Made by a program: the position numbers and the translations under genes. The notes beneath the pieces were generated by a model. The model saw only the letters and a list, made by a program, of their open reading frames with translations, had not been told where the DNA came from and made no database searches. A DNA stretch of 64,000 nt from Magnetococcales bacterium (GTDB lineage Bacteria > Pseudomonadota > Magnetococcia > Magnetococcales > JADFXB01). Shown piece after piece: positions 1 to 9,532 of the stretch (position 1 is its first letter; the number at the start of each line of letters is the position of its first letter). The stretch spans positions 10,307 through 74,306 of the forward strand of contig JADFXB010000003.1 of the NCBI GenBank assembly GCA_015233935.1, written 5' to 3'.

Positions 1-5
1 GGGAG

Positions 6-2519
6 ATGAACCTGGAATACCGGATTTCCAATGGAAGCGGGGGGTGGAAGCACGTCAACACCTTTGGGAAAGCGATCTACAATGAAGAGGGTGTCCCCAT
101 CAAGTTGGTGGGGATCTGCATGGACATCACCCAGCGCAGGGAGGCTGAACGCCTCATGTCCGAGCTTGCCCATCGGCACCACGCCCTTATCACCTCCAAC
201 CTGGATGGCTACTGGGCGGTAGATTTACAAGGGAACATTCTGGAAGTAAACGATGCCTACCTCCGGCTCTCTGGTTATTCAAGGGAAGAACTTCTTTCCA
301 TGCGCATTCAGGACCTGGAAGTCAAGGAATCTGCGGAGGAGGTCCAGAATCGTATAGCCAAAATCATGGAGAAGAGTTGGGACGTATTTTCCACCCGACA
401 CCGTTGCAAAGATGGCAGCTTCATTGATGTGGAAGTCAGTGCCGGTTTCACATGTTTTGAGCAGCATCCGTATATCATCGCCTTTTTGAAGGATGTTTCG
501 TGGCGCGTCCGCCAGGAACGACAGGAACACCTGCGTTCGGAGCGATTCCGTTCCCTGCACCAGCTTTCCACCCACCAAACCAATGATTTATCGCAAATCG
601 CTGGATTTGTCCTGGATAGCATCGTCGAACTGACCGAAAGCCGTATGGGTTTATTGGGGTTCATGAATCTGGATGAATCGGTTTTAACGATACACGCCTG
701 GTCCCGACATGCCATGGAAAAGTGTGCCATCTTGGAGAAGCTCTTAGACTATCCCATCGCCAAAGCAGGTCTGTGGGGGGAAGCAGTCCGCCAACGCGCA
801 CCTGTCATTTTCAACGACTATTTGCACACCGAAGGAAGGAAAGAACTGCCTCAAGGGCATGTGGAAATAGTGCGTCTGGCCAGTGTACCCATCATGGATA
901 ATGGAAAAATTGTTGCGTTGGCTGCGGTGGCCAACAAGCAGTGTCCCTACGAAGATCACGATATTCAGCATATTTCCATCATGGGCACGGAGATGGTCCG
1001 GCATTTAAGGGAAAAACAAGCCAATGAAACCGCCCAACTCTTCAGGCACATTCTGGAGGAAAGCTTGAACGAAATCTACATCTTCGATGTGGATACCCTC
1101 AAGTTTGTGCACATGAACAACAGTGCGTTAAAAAATCTTGGTTATTCCCAAGAGGAGATCACCTCTCTCACCCCTCTGGACCTTAAACCTGAAATAACCC
1201 CAGAGCAGTTTGCCACCCTTCTTGCCCCTTTAAAACAAGGTAAGAAGGAAAAGGTGCAATTTTTCATCCATCATCGCCGCAAGGATGGAACACTCTACCC
1301 TGTTGAAGTTCACCTGCAACGGATTACTTTTGGAAAACCCCTCTTTGTCGCCATTGCTCTAGATGTCACCCAGCGCATTCAGATGGAAGAGCACATCCGT
1401 CAAGCACAAAAGCTACAGGCAGTGGGGACCCTGGCCGGGGGAATCGCCCACGATTTCAACAACCTGTTGGCGATGATCATGGGTAACGCCCAATTGGTGA
1501 CCATGGAGGCTTCCGAAACCGTCGAATCCATGGGTCATATCCTGGCCGCTTGCAAACGGGGCAAGGATCTGGTGTTGCAACTTCTTACCATTGGTCGGCG
1601 CACCCCGATGGAAATGAAAGTAGTGGATCCTGTGGAGGTGGTTGACGAAACAATCAAGCTAATGCGTTCCACGCTACCTAAATCCATCCGGGTCGATGCC
1701 ATTGTCAGCAGAAACAACAGGAAAGTCTTTCTGGATCCCAGCCAGTTATATCAGGTGCTGGTCAACCTGTGCACCAATGCAGGACAGGCCATGGGGGAGA
1801 ACGGGGGCATTCTTGGCATCGAGATGGATTCAATCGAACTTGCCATGGAACAGGCCAGCGTGCTGGGCATTCGCGGCGGCGACTACATCCGGCTGCGGGT
1901 CCGTGATACTGGGCCGGGCATTCGTTCAGAGCATATTTCACGCATTTTTGAACCCTTTTTCACCACCAAAGAACAAGGCAAGGGCACTGGCCTTGGATTG
2001 GCCGTGGTGCATAGCATCACGCGCTCTTGCGGGGGCGGGGTGGAAGTGGAAAACCTCCCCGATGGCGGCGCAGAGTTCCGCATCTATCTACCCGTGTATT
2101 CTGAACCAGCAGAAAAATGTGCTTCCCAACCTGCCCCTGTTCAACTGGAACAAGGCTCAGGACGCATTTTGTTTGTGGACGACGAGCCTATGCTGGTAAA
2201 GGTGGGAATTGCCCAATTGCGCACCCTGGGTTATGTCCCGGTGGGACAGACTGATCCAGAAGCCGCCCTGGCTACCTTTATGGAGAACCCGAAGGGCTTC
2301 ACAGCAGTAATCACTGATCAGGTAATGCCACAAATGACGGGGAATGTTCTTGCCGCAAAAATATTGGCGGTGCGACCGGATATCCCCATCTTTCTCTGCA
2401 CCGGCTATAGCGAGATCATCACGAAGGAAAACTATGCACGGAGCGGTTTTCACGGTTTTCTCATGAAACCGGTTGCTCTTGAGGATCTTTCAATAGCACT
2501 CCAAACGATTCAACCTTAG
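6..2519 (+). CDS. Hybrid sensor histidine kinase (PAS-PAS-GAF-PAS-HisKA-HATPase-REC); probably 5'-truncated by the window edge
   Basis: H-box GGIAHDFNNLL, N-box NLCTNA, G-boxes DTGPG and FTTKEQGKGTGLGL, C-terminal REC (VDDE...ITDQVMP...KP). The ORF begins mid-PAC at the window start. Confidence 0.9.
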   Translation: MNLEYRISNGSGGWKHVNTFGKAIYNEEGVPIKLVGICMDITQRREAERLMSELAHRHHALITSNLDGYWAVDLQGNILEVNDAYLRLSGYSREELLSMRIQDLEVKESAEEVQNRIAKIMEKSWDVFSTRHRCKDGSFIDVEVSAGFTCFEQHPYIIAFLKDVSWRVRQERQEHLRSERFRSLHQLSTHQTNDLSQIAGFVLDSIVELTESRMGLLGFMNLDESVLTIHAWSRHAMEKCAILEKLLDYPIAKAGLWGEAVRQRAPVIFNDYLHTEGRKELPQGHVEIVRLASVPIMDNGKIVALAAVANKQCPYEDHDIQHISIMGTEMVRHLREKQANETAQLFRHILEESLNEIYIFDVDTLKFVHMNNSALKNLGYSQEEITSLTPLDLKPEITPEQFATLLAPLKQGKKEKVQFFIHHRRKDGTLYPVEVHLQRITFGKPLFVAIALDVTQRIQMEEHIRQAQKLQAVGTLAGGIAHDFNNLLAMIMGNAQLVTMEASETVESMGHILAACKRGKDLVLQLLTIGRRTPMEMKVVDPVEVVDETIKLMRSTLPKSIRVDAIVSRNNRKVFLDPSQLYQVLVNLCTNAGQAMGENGGILGIEMDSIELAMEQASVLGIRGGDYIRLRVRDTGPGIRSEHISRIFEPFFTTKEQGKGTGLGLAVVHSITRSCGGGVEVENLPDGGAEFRIYLPVYSEPAEKCASQPAPVQLEQGSGRILFVDDEPMLVKVGIAQLRTLGYVPVGQTDPEAALATFMENPKGFTAVITDQVMPQMTGNVLAAKILAVRPDIPIFLCTGYSEIITKENYARSGFHGFLMKPVALEDLSIALQTIQP

Positions 2520-2705
2520 CCAAACCGACAACCCTTTGATTGAATCAAAAGCAAGCACCTTCATAATTTTGTTAACTTTTTCCACCAATAACGTAAAAAG
2601 GACCCCCTAGAGCCTCTCATCAGGCCCCATTATCTAAAAAAACTCACCAAGTTTCCCACACAGCAGCACTCACAACCCCGAAGAGGTTGCAAGCCTCACA
2701 GCTTC

Positions 2706-3047
2706 TCATCTATAGGGAACGCTGGTGAACGATCTGGGAACGTAGGTTAAGCCATCCCGCTCATTTTTTTCTGTGTAGTGAATCCAACCTCTGGCAAAGG
2801 ATGCGACAAAACCTCCCGCCAAGATCAAATTGCTTGCCAATAGGATTGCTTCAACCTGATCGGCAGTCACCTGCCATAGGTCATAGGTGACCCGAATTTT
2901 TCCATGGGCCACATCGATAGCATAGTTCAAAATTCCCGGCGTTTCTTGCAACTGGAAAGAAAGGCGGGCGCACGCCTCCAAATCGTGCAAATCCCGAACA
3001 GGCCATGAGTGTGTCACCAGATAAGGGACATGGGTATGATTAACCAT
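2706..3047 (-). CDS. Hypothetical protein with an HMA-like (ferredoxin-fold) N-terminus, no CxxC
   Basis: 113-aa ORF. The pattern PGI...IDVAHGKIRVTYD...VEAIL resembles HMA domains, and there is a GAGG SD upstream. Confidence 0.5.
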   Translation of the reverse strand: MVNHTHVPYLVTHSWPVRDLHDLEACARLSFQLQETPGILNYAIDVAHGKIRVTYDLWQVTADQVEAILLASNLILAGGFVASFARGWIHYTEKNERDGLTYVPRSFTSVPYR

Positions 3048-3352
3048 GGCGCGATCCTCTGTTGAAATAAATCCTGCTGCTTAGACATTCATCCTGAATA
3101 AACTGCACCAAAAGCCTGGTAAATATTTTTCTTTGGATATTTTTTCAGCCTACAAAATCTAAAGAGCATCCTGTCGATTTTACCTGAATGATTCATACCT
3201 ATCTCTCCTGATATTCAGAAAACAATAAATCAAATAGTTCTCTGCAAAACCACCGTTAAAGAAAGATTGGCAGGCGATGGCAGACTCTCAACCTTTCTAC
3301 TGATCAACCAAGCATGGATTTACCCCCCTTCCTCCAAATCTGGAGAACAACC

Positions 3353-3607
3353 ATGAAAAACAAAATACGCATCATGGTTATGGCCGCGCTACTGGGTGGA
3401 ACGGTGCTGTTGGCATCGCCACCTGCCGAAGCTTGGAGCTGGTTCGGTCCCGGATGGGGCTATCCAGCCTATGGCTATCCTTCCTATGGCTATCCCGCCT
3501 GGGGATACCCAGGATACTGGGGTGGCGGTTTGGGAGGTGGCATTGGATTTGGATTTGGCTTTGGCATGGGTGGAGGAGGATGGGGCGGACCAGGCTGGTG
3601 GTGGTAA
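3353..3607 (+). CDS. Secreted Gly/Tyr/Pro/Trp-rich protein, sulfur globule envelope protein (Sgp)-like
   Basis: GGAG SD before ATG 3353. The Sec signal peptide ends in AEA, and the mature part consists of GYP repeats and poly-Gly/aromatic residues. Confidence 0.65.
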   Translation: MKNKIRIMVMAALLGGTVLLASPPAEAWSWFGPGWGYPAYGYPSYGYPAWGYPGYWGGGLGGGIGFGFGFGMGGGGWGGPGWWW

Positions 3608-3929
3608 CCACAAACAATGACAACAATTTTTAACAAAAGCAGGTAGAGCCACAGTTTGCCCTTTCCAGGAGAATTCCCCGGTGAGACAAACTGGCAGCAC
3701 CCAAGAAAGGTTCACTGGGATAGGATCTTCCCTAGGTAGTGCCACCACATACCAAGGAATTTCCACCTGAAAACTGCTCGTCCAACGCCGGAAACCGTCG
3801 GGTTCCCGGCGTCTCATTTCTAACCTGATCAAAAAAAATTATGGAATTTCCATGCAGGTTTGCTAGAATGTCAGGAATAAGACCACCCCATGTAAGAATT
3901 GTCCCTTTACTTTAGATGGAGAGATCGCC

Positions 3930-4649
3930 ATGGAACAGCAGCCAGAAGAAACTGTTACCGACAAGTCGCAAATAGTAACGCTGCTGGAGTATGCCGCTTC
4001 CCATAACATGCCGGTAACTTTGAACTTCCCCAATGACCCTCAAAGCTATTTTACCTCTGTGTCTTCCCGGCAGGATGAGGTTCTTGGTCTGCAAGAAGGG
4101 CATTATGTAGCCATCAACATGTTGGGGCCTCCACAGGGCAATGAAAAAATTTCTCAGGTTGCCAGTGTGGCGGTACGCTTTTACACCGATGAGTACAAAG
4201 TGACCTTTACGGTTCCCTGGGTCGGCAAGGCGGATGAGCGACGCCATAAGTTGGCCTTTCCCACGGAGGTGGTCCGCAGTTCGCAGAGTCGCGATTACCC
4301 CCGTTTCAAGGTCACCAAAAAATACACGGCCAATCTGAGCGTTGTGCTGGAAAACGGTCAGGCCGTTCCCGTCAAACTCATGGACATCAGCCGTAGTGGC
4401 ATCTCTTTTTATAATGATGATCTGGAACAACCGGTCAAAAATTTCAGCACGGTACAGCTCAAATCCCACACCCCGCCCCTACCGGATCTTTCTTTCCAGG
4501 TACGTGTCATCGGCAGCAAGATCACCCAAAAAGGACACCACTGTCACCGCGCCTATTTTTCCATCAACTCCCATCAGGAGCGGGAAAATCTGAATCAACT
4601 GGTGGACCACCTGATGCAGCATGCGAAAACAGTGCAGGAGGCGCTTTAA
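3930..4649 (+). CDS. PilZ-domain c-di-GMP receptor (YcgR-like architecture)
   Basis: RDYPR (RxxxR) and DISRSG (DxSxxG) motifs in the C-terminal domain. Confidence 0.85.
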   Translation: MEQQPEETVTDKSQIVTLLEYAASHNMPVTLNFPNDPQSYFTSVSSRQDEVLGLQEGHYVAINMLGPPQGNEKISQVASVAVRFYTDEYKVTFTVPWVGKADERRHKLAFPTEVVRSSQSRDYPRFKVTKKYTANLSVVLENGQAVPVKLMDISRSGISFYNDDLEQPVKNFSTVQLKSHTPPLPDLSFQVRVIGSKITQKGHHCHRAYFSINSHQERENLNQLVDHLMQHAKTVQEAL

Positions 4650-4853
4650 CCATACTCACATCCTTGTCAAATGGGTGGGATTTAAGAGTTTTCTTTTTTC
4701 GATGGTGATCGAGGATGATCACCAGAGTTGGTGGTCCTGGCACTCACCGGCATCCTCCACTTTGGCAAAGGTCAACAAACGTAAATATCTCCTACATTGA
4801 AATGTTGTCAAAAAGTGGGTAACTGTGTATTATAGGGGGCAAGGAGAAGACCC

Positions 4854-5093
4854 ATGACCACCATGATTTCTGAAGTTTATGATGCCTTCTTGTCTGCGGG
4901 GGTAGATGAGGAAAAATCCCGCAAAGCTGCTATCGCTTTGTCTGAAAGCCAATTGGCTACCAAGGGGGATATCATCAAACTGGAAAAAGAGCTGCTCACC
5001 CTTAATGGCAAAATCACCCTTTTGCAATGGATGGTGGGTTTGGTTATTGCCGTTCAGGTCATTCCCCTCATCAAAAACATGATGATTCACTGA
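4854..5093 (+). CDS. Small coiled-coil protein with a C-terminal TM anchor (DUF1640/CCDC90-like)
   Basis: AAGGAG SD, helical head, LATKGDI neck, heptad stalk and hydrophobic WMVGLVIAVQVI anchor. Confidence 0.65.
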   Translation: MTTMISEVYDAFLSAGVDEEKSRKAAIALSESQLATKGDIIKLEKELLTLNGKITLLQWMVGLVIAVQVIPLIKNMMIH

Positions 5094-5159
5094 ATACCAT
5101 TTCTATCCTCCTCCCTTGCCTGAAAGTCACCGACATCTATTCATACAATACCAGTAAGT

Positions 5160-7610
5160 TTACTGCCCTTCAGAACGCGTCTTGTTGGCAAATGTCTGGA
5201 TGACCTCCAACAATCGCTGTTTCCTGACCGGCTTGGTTACATACATGTCGCATCCTGCTTCCTTGCTGCGCTCCCCCTCACCTTCCAGTGCATGCGCGGA
5301 CAAGGCAACAATGGGTAACCGGGGGCGGTTGTTGGCCGCTTCCCATTGGCGGATGGCACGGGTGGCGGCATAACCATCCATGATGGGCATCTGCACATCC
5401 ATCAAAACCAAGTCGAAAGAGTCCATTAGAACCAAGACTACTGCCACTTCCCCGTTACCAGCCATGGTCAATCGATGGGGGGTGTTTTTGAGAAAGGTTT
5501 GAATCAGAATCTGATTGTCCTCTGCATCTTCCACCAACAAAATCTTCATGGGTCGCCCAGGCGAGCTTTCCTCCGCAGGAAGCGGGGAAGTCTCGGGAGC
5601 CACCATCTGAGTGGGCGGACTGGACTTGCGTAACGGTAGAGTGAGCTGGAACCGGCTGCCTTCCCCTACTTGGCTCTCCACCTGGATGGAGCCTCCCATC
5701 AAGGCCATCAGTTTACGGCAAATGGCCAGGCCCAGACCAGTGCCGCCATAACGACGGGTAACGCTGGAATCAGCCTGGGTAAACACTCCGAAAATGTTCT
5801 CAAGTTGCTCCTGCCGGATGCCAATTCCAGAGTCATCAACGATCAGATGAAGGCGGGAAGAGTTTTCATCATCCACCCGAACCGTAAGCCGGACATAACC
5901 CCGTTCGGTAAATTTGATGGAGTTTCCCAACACGTTGAACAGAATCTGCTTTAACCGTAAGCGATCCCCAAGAATCCAAGTGGGAACGGTTTCCTCAAAC
6001 TGACATTCCAGTGCCAACCCCTTGCCTAGGGCAATCACCCGCAGCAATTCCGTCACCTCATCCACGATTTCAGCCAGCGACAACGGCTCTTCCGAAATAC
6101 ATAGATGACCGGCCTCAATCTTGGAGAGATCAAGAATTTGGTTGATCAACTCCAGCAGGCTGTTGCCAGCTTTGAGCTGCTTCTTCACATAGTGCTGCTG
6201 TTCTTCGCTCAAACCGCTTTCCAGCAAAATATCCCCCATACCAATTACCACATTCATGGGGGTGCGGATCTCGTGGCTCATGGCGGCTAAAAATTCGCTC
6301 TTGGCCTGGTTGGCCGCCTCTGCGGACTCCTTGGCCTGGCGCAGGGCCTCTTCCATCTGCTTACGTTCGGTAATATCGGTGGCAATCCCGCATACTGCGT
6401 ATGGACGACCGTCTGCATCGCTGAGGGAAAATTTGATGGACAGATAAGTATGGATGCCGTCACGCTGAGGAACTACCTCATCGAACATGATGGGAGTTGG
6501 GCTTTCCAGGGCCAGGCGGTCGTTGGCCTGAAATTTTGCTGCCAGTTCCTCCGGAAAGATTTCATAATCGGTCTTCCCCTGTACTCCTTTGTTCGTAATA
6601 TTAAATAACTCGCCGTAGCGGCGGTTGATGAACAGGTAACGCCCCTGAAGGTCTTTCATGAAGACTACGGATACGGTGTTGTCCAGAATGTTGTTGAGTC
6701 GCCGTTCACTATCCAACAATTCATTATTGGCTTGCTGCCCCTTCAGGAACAAGACAGCCACCAGTGAACCATCCGAGGAAAGACTGATTATGTAATAAAA
6801 ATAGTTAGATAGGTACGTTTTGGTTATATCATCTGAAAAGAATCCCAGGCCAGAAAGGGCACCTATCAACCCCTGTACCGCAGTGATGGAGATGACGATC
6901 ATGGTACCCAGCGGGCCTAAGCGAAGAGCGGCAAGGGTTACAAACAGAAACATCCAGTAACCACGGGCAACCTGCCCCAACGAATCGTGCAACCAATCAA
7001 GAAAGACAACCTGTCCCACCAGGATCGAACTGCCAATAATCACTCCAGCTTCCCATTTGAGCAATTGCTTCAGGGAAAAGCGGGTTCTCTCCTGAAAGAC
7101 TAAAAACGGCAGCATGGTAATGATGAAACCAAAAGTGACCCCTGCCACATAGTGAACCGTTGTGGTTTGAAAGTTCCCCGGCAGTTGGAGTTGGGTTTGC
7201 AACGAACTGAGGATGGAGGCGACAAACCCCATGAGCAGCCCGACTCCATATAAACGCAGATAGTCGGCAATCTGCTCGAACTTCAACCCCGCCCCTCCTG
7301 TCCGCTGGAAGGTCCAACTCCCGGCCATCAGAATGATTGCCTGTCGGATAGCGTGACCGATGCAATCCTCCAAACCAGCTCCCTGTAAAACTCTTCCCAG
7401 GACCACACCAAGAATGGCTACAGCGATGATCCTGAAGCCGTGCCGAATAGCCAGAAAGATGACCGGACCGCTCAAAAGCCAGGTAAAGCTCATGATATCG
7501 TTGGTGCCAAATACGGCCATGGTAACCTGCGACATGACTCCGTAGGTCAGCAACAAAAGTGCAGAGTCCCGCAGAAATGCTTTGTTTGAACCCATGTTTT
7601 GGCACCCCAC
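5160..7610 (-). CDS. Membrane (MASE1-like) PAS hybrid sensor histidine kinase
   Basis: About 290 aa multi-TM N-terminus, PAS/PAC, H-box [21 protein letters not shown], and REC (LMDVQMP). Confidence 0.9.
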   Translation of the reverse strand: MGCQNMGSNKAFLRDSALLLLTYGVMSQVTMAVFGTNDIMSFTWLLSGPVIFLAIRHGFRIIAVAILGVVLGRVLQGAGLEDCIGHAIRQAIILMAGSWTFQRTGGAGLKFEQIADYLRLYGVGLLMGFVASILSSLQTQLQLPGNFQTTTVHYVAGVTFGFIITMLPFLVFQERTRFSLKQLLKWEAGVIIGSSILVGQVVFLDWLHDSLGQVARGYWMFLFVTLAALRLGPLGTMIVISITAVQGLIGALSGLGFFSDDITKTYLSNYFYYIISLSSDGSLVAVLFLKGQQANNELLDSERRLNNILDNTVSVVFMKDLQGRYLFINRRYGELFNITNKGVQGKTDYEIFPEELAAKFQANDRLALESPTPIMFDEVVPQRDGIHTYLSIKFSLSDADGRPYAVCGIATDITERKQMEEALRQAKESAEAANQAKSEFLAAMSHEIRTPMNVVIGMGDILLESGLSEEQQHYVKKQLKAGNSLLELINQILDLSKIEAGHLCISEEPLSLAEIVDEVTELLRVIALGKGLALECQFEETVPTWILGDRLRLKQILFNVLGNSIKFTERGYVRLTVRVDDENSSRLHLIVDDSGIGIRQEQLENIFGVFTQADSSVTRRYGGTGLGLAICRKLMALMGGSIQVESQVGEGSRFQLTLPLRKSSPPTQMVAPETSPLPAEESSPGRPMKILLVEDAEDNQILIQTFLKNTPHRLTMAGNGEVAVVLVLMDSFDLVLMDVQMPIMDGYAATRAIRQWEAANNRPRLPIVALSAHALEGEGERSKEAGCDMYVTKPVRKQRLLEVIQTFANKTRSEGQ

Positions 7611-7854
7611 TCAAATTCAGTTATGCTATGTCTGCCAAGGTATAATTTTCAGCGCAACGTTTCAACAACATAAAAACATCTATTCAACCTAATTTCCATC
7701 CAATGTTCTGGGAACACCAGCAGGCGATTTCTGATCTGCTCATCTATTCCTTGACATCTCTCTCTGTTCAATCCCAGACTTAAACCCATGGGCCAATTCA
7801 ACTTGGCAGAGGTTCCCACCCTAATGCACCGACCACAAACCATATGAGACCTCC

Positions 7855-8304
7855 ATGCTGATTTATGTGGATGGTGACGCTTGCCCGGTGAAATCCGAGG
7901 TGATGCGGGTCGCCCAACGTCATACTCTTGTTGTCCACATGGTCAGTAACCATTGGATGCGTCTGCCTGCCCATCCCTTGCTGAAAATGCATGTGGTCAC
8001 AGGAGGACTGGACAAGGCTGATGACTGGATAGTTGAGCATATCCAGCAGGGGGATATTGCCATCACAGCGGATATTCCCCTGGCCGCCCGCTGTCTTACC
8101 AAAGGTGCGCGTGTCATCGGCCCCACGGGCAAGCCTTTTGATAATGACTGTATCGGTATGGCACTGGCCATGCGGGATCTCAATGCCCACCTGCGGGATA
8201 CAGGGGAAATCCGGGGTGGTGGCCCCTCCTTCGGCAACAAGGACCGGTCGCGTTTTCTGCAAGCCCTTGAGGAAGCGATTCAGGCCATCAAGCGCGGACG
8301 GTGA
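7855..8304 (+). CDS. yaiI: YaiI/YqxD (UPF0178) family protein
   Basis: IYVDGDACPVK, ADDWI and ITADIPLA motifs. Confidence 0.9.
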   Translation: MLIYVDGDACPVKSEVMRVAQRHTLVVHMVSNHWMRLPAHPLLKMHVVTGGLDKADDWIVEHIQQGDIAITADIPLAARCLTKGARVIGPTGKPFDNDCIGMALAMRDLNAHLRDTGEIRGGGPSFGNKDRSRFLQALEEAIQAIKRGR

Positions 8305-8347
8305 TTCATTAAGACAGGATTACGAGAAGCAATCCCTTCTCAATACT

Positions 8348-9532
8348 ATGCGGTACAACGACATGAACCTGTTAAGTTGTTTACTGGGTAAACGCTGCCT
8401 GGAAGGCCCCCCTCCCCTTGATCTGGAACAAAGCCGTTTGGTGGCAGATGCCTGGCAAGGCCTTGACCCCCACCAAATGTGGGATGTGCACGCCCACTTG
8501 GCAGGTGTGGGAGACGGGGGTTCAGGTATTTGGGTTCATCCCCGCATGCAAAACCTTGGTCACCTGTCGCCTTTATCCATGCTAATGTTGCGACTTTATC
8601 AACGGGCGGGTTGCACCCATTTGGCACCCGGCAGGCAAGATCATGCCTATTGGCAGCGATTGGAAAGCTTGGTGGACGCTTTTCCACCAGGGGTCAAGAT
8701 CATACTGCTGGCCTTCGATTATTTTTATCGGGAGGATGGTTGTTGTGATCCCATGGCGGGAACCTTCTACGTTCCCAATGAATGGGCCAGACAACTGGCA
8801 GCCAAACGGCCCGACCGTTTCGGCTGGATGGCCTCCATTCACCCTTATGATCCATACTGGGAAAAAAAGCTGCACCTCATCAGCCAATGGCAACCCGGCC
8901 CACTGGCCATCAAGTGGCTTCCTCAGTCCATGGGTATTCAGCCCGATTCGGCCCGCTGTTTTGGTTTTTATCAAGCCCTGGCACAATTGAACCTGCCTTT
9001 GTTGACCCATTGCGGCGACGAGAAGGCCACCCATGGGGATGCTCCAGCAGATTGGAACGCCCCCTCTCGCCTGGCCATGGCCTTGGATACCGGGGTGCGG
9101 GTCATCGTCGCCCACTGTGCTTCCCTGGGGGGAGCCAAAGGCAAACAAGATAAAATGGGCTATTTTGGTGAATTCATGACCATGATGGATAATCCAAGAT
9201 GGAAAAACCTCCTGTTTGGCGACATTTCCGCCACCCTCCTGGTCAATCGTCGGCCTGAAATTCTCCCCACCCTGCTCTCACGGGTGGACCTCCACCCAAG
9301 GCTGCTCTATGGCTCCGACTATCCCCTGCCTGCTGCCTGTTTTATCAGTGTAGCACAACAGCTACAAAGAGGGTTAATCCATAAAAAACAAGCGGAAATC
9401 TTGCAACAAATTTTACCCTATAACCCCCTGCTCTTTCATTTTCTGTTGGTACGCTGGCTTAACTACCAAGGTATTGGTTTTTCCCCCCAGGTGTTTCACA
9501 CTGACCGTTTTTTCTCCCCATTCAAAAATTGA
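8348..9532 (+). CDS. Amidohydrolase superfamily protein (Amidohydro_2-like)
   Basis: DVHAH metal motif, LTHCGDE, IVAHCAS and YGSDYP. The start was moved from 8033 to ATG 8348 (or 8363) to avoid overlapping yaiI. Confidence 0.8.
   Translation: MRYNDMNLLSCLLGKRCLEGPPPLDLEQSRLVADAWQGLDPHQMWDVHAHLAGVGDGGSGIWVHPRMQNLGHLSPLSMLMLRLYQRAGCTHLAPGRQDHAYWQRLESLVDAFPPGVKIILLAFDYFYREDGCCDPMAGTFYVPNEWARQLAAKRPDRFGWMASIHPYDPYWEKKLHLISQWQPGPLAIKWLPQSMGIQPDSARCFGFYQALAQLNLPLLTHCGDEKATHGDAPADWNAPSRLAMALDTGVRVIVAHCASLGGAKGKQDKMGYFGEFMTMMDNPRWKNLLFGDISATLLVNRRPEILPTLLSRVDLHPRLLYGSDYPLPAACFISVAQQLQRGLIHKKQAEILQQILPYNPLLFHFLLVRWLNYQGIGFSPQVFHTDRFFSPFKN

Noticed and set aside
8033-8347. N-terminal extension of the 499-aa amidohydrolase ORF
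   Set aside because: It overlaps yaiI in another frame; family-like sequence begins near 8348.
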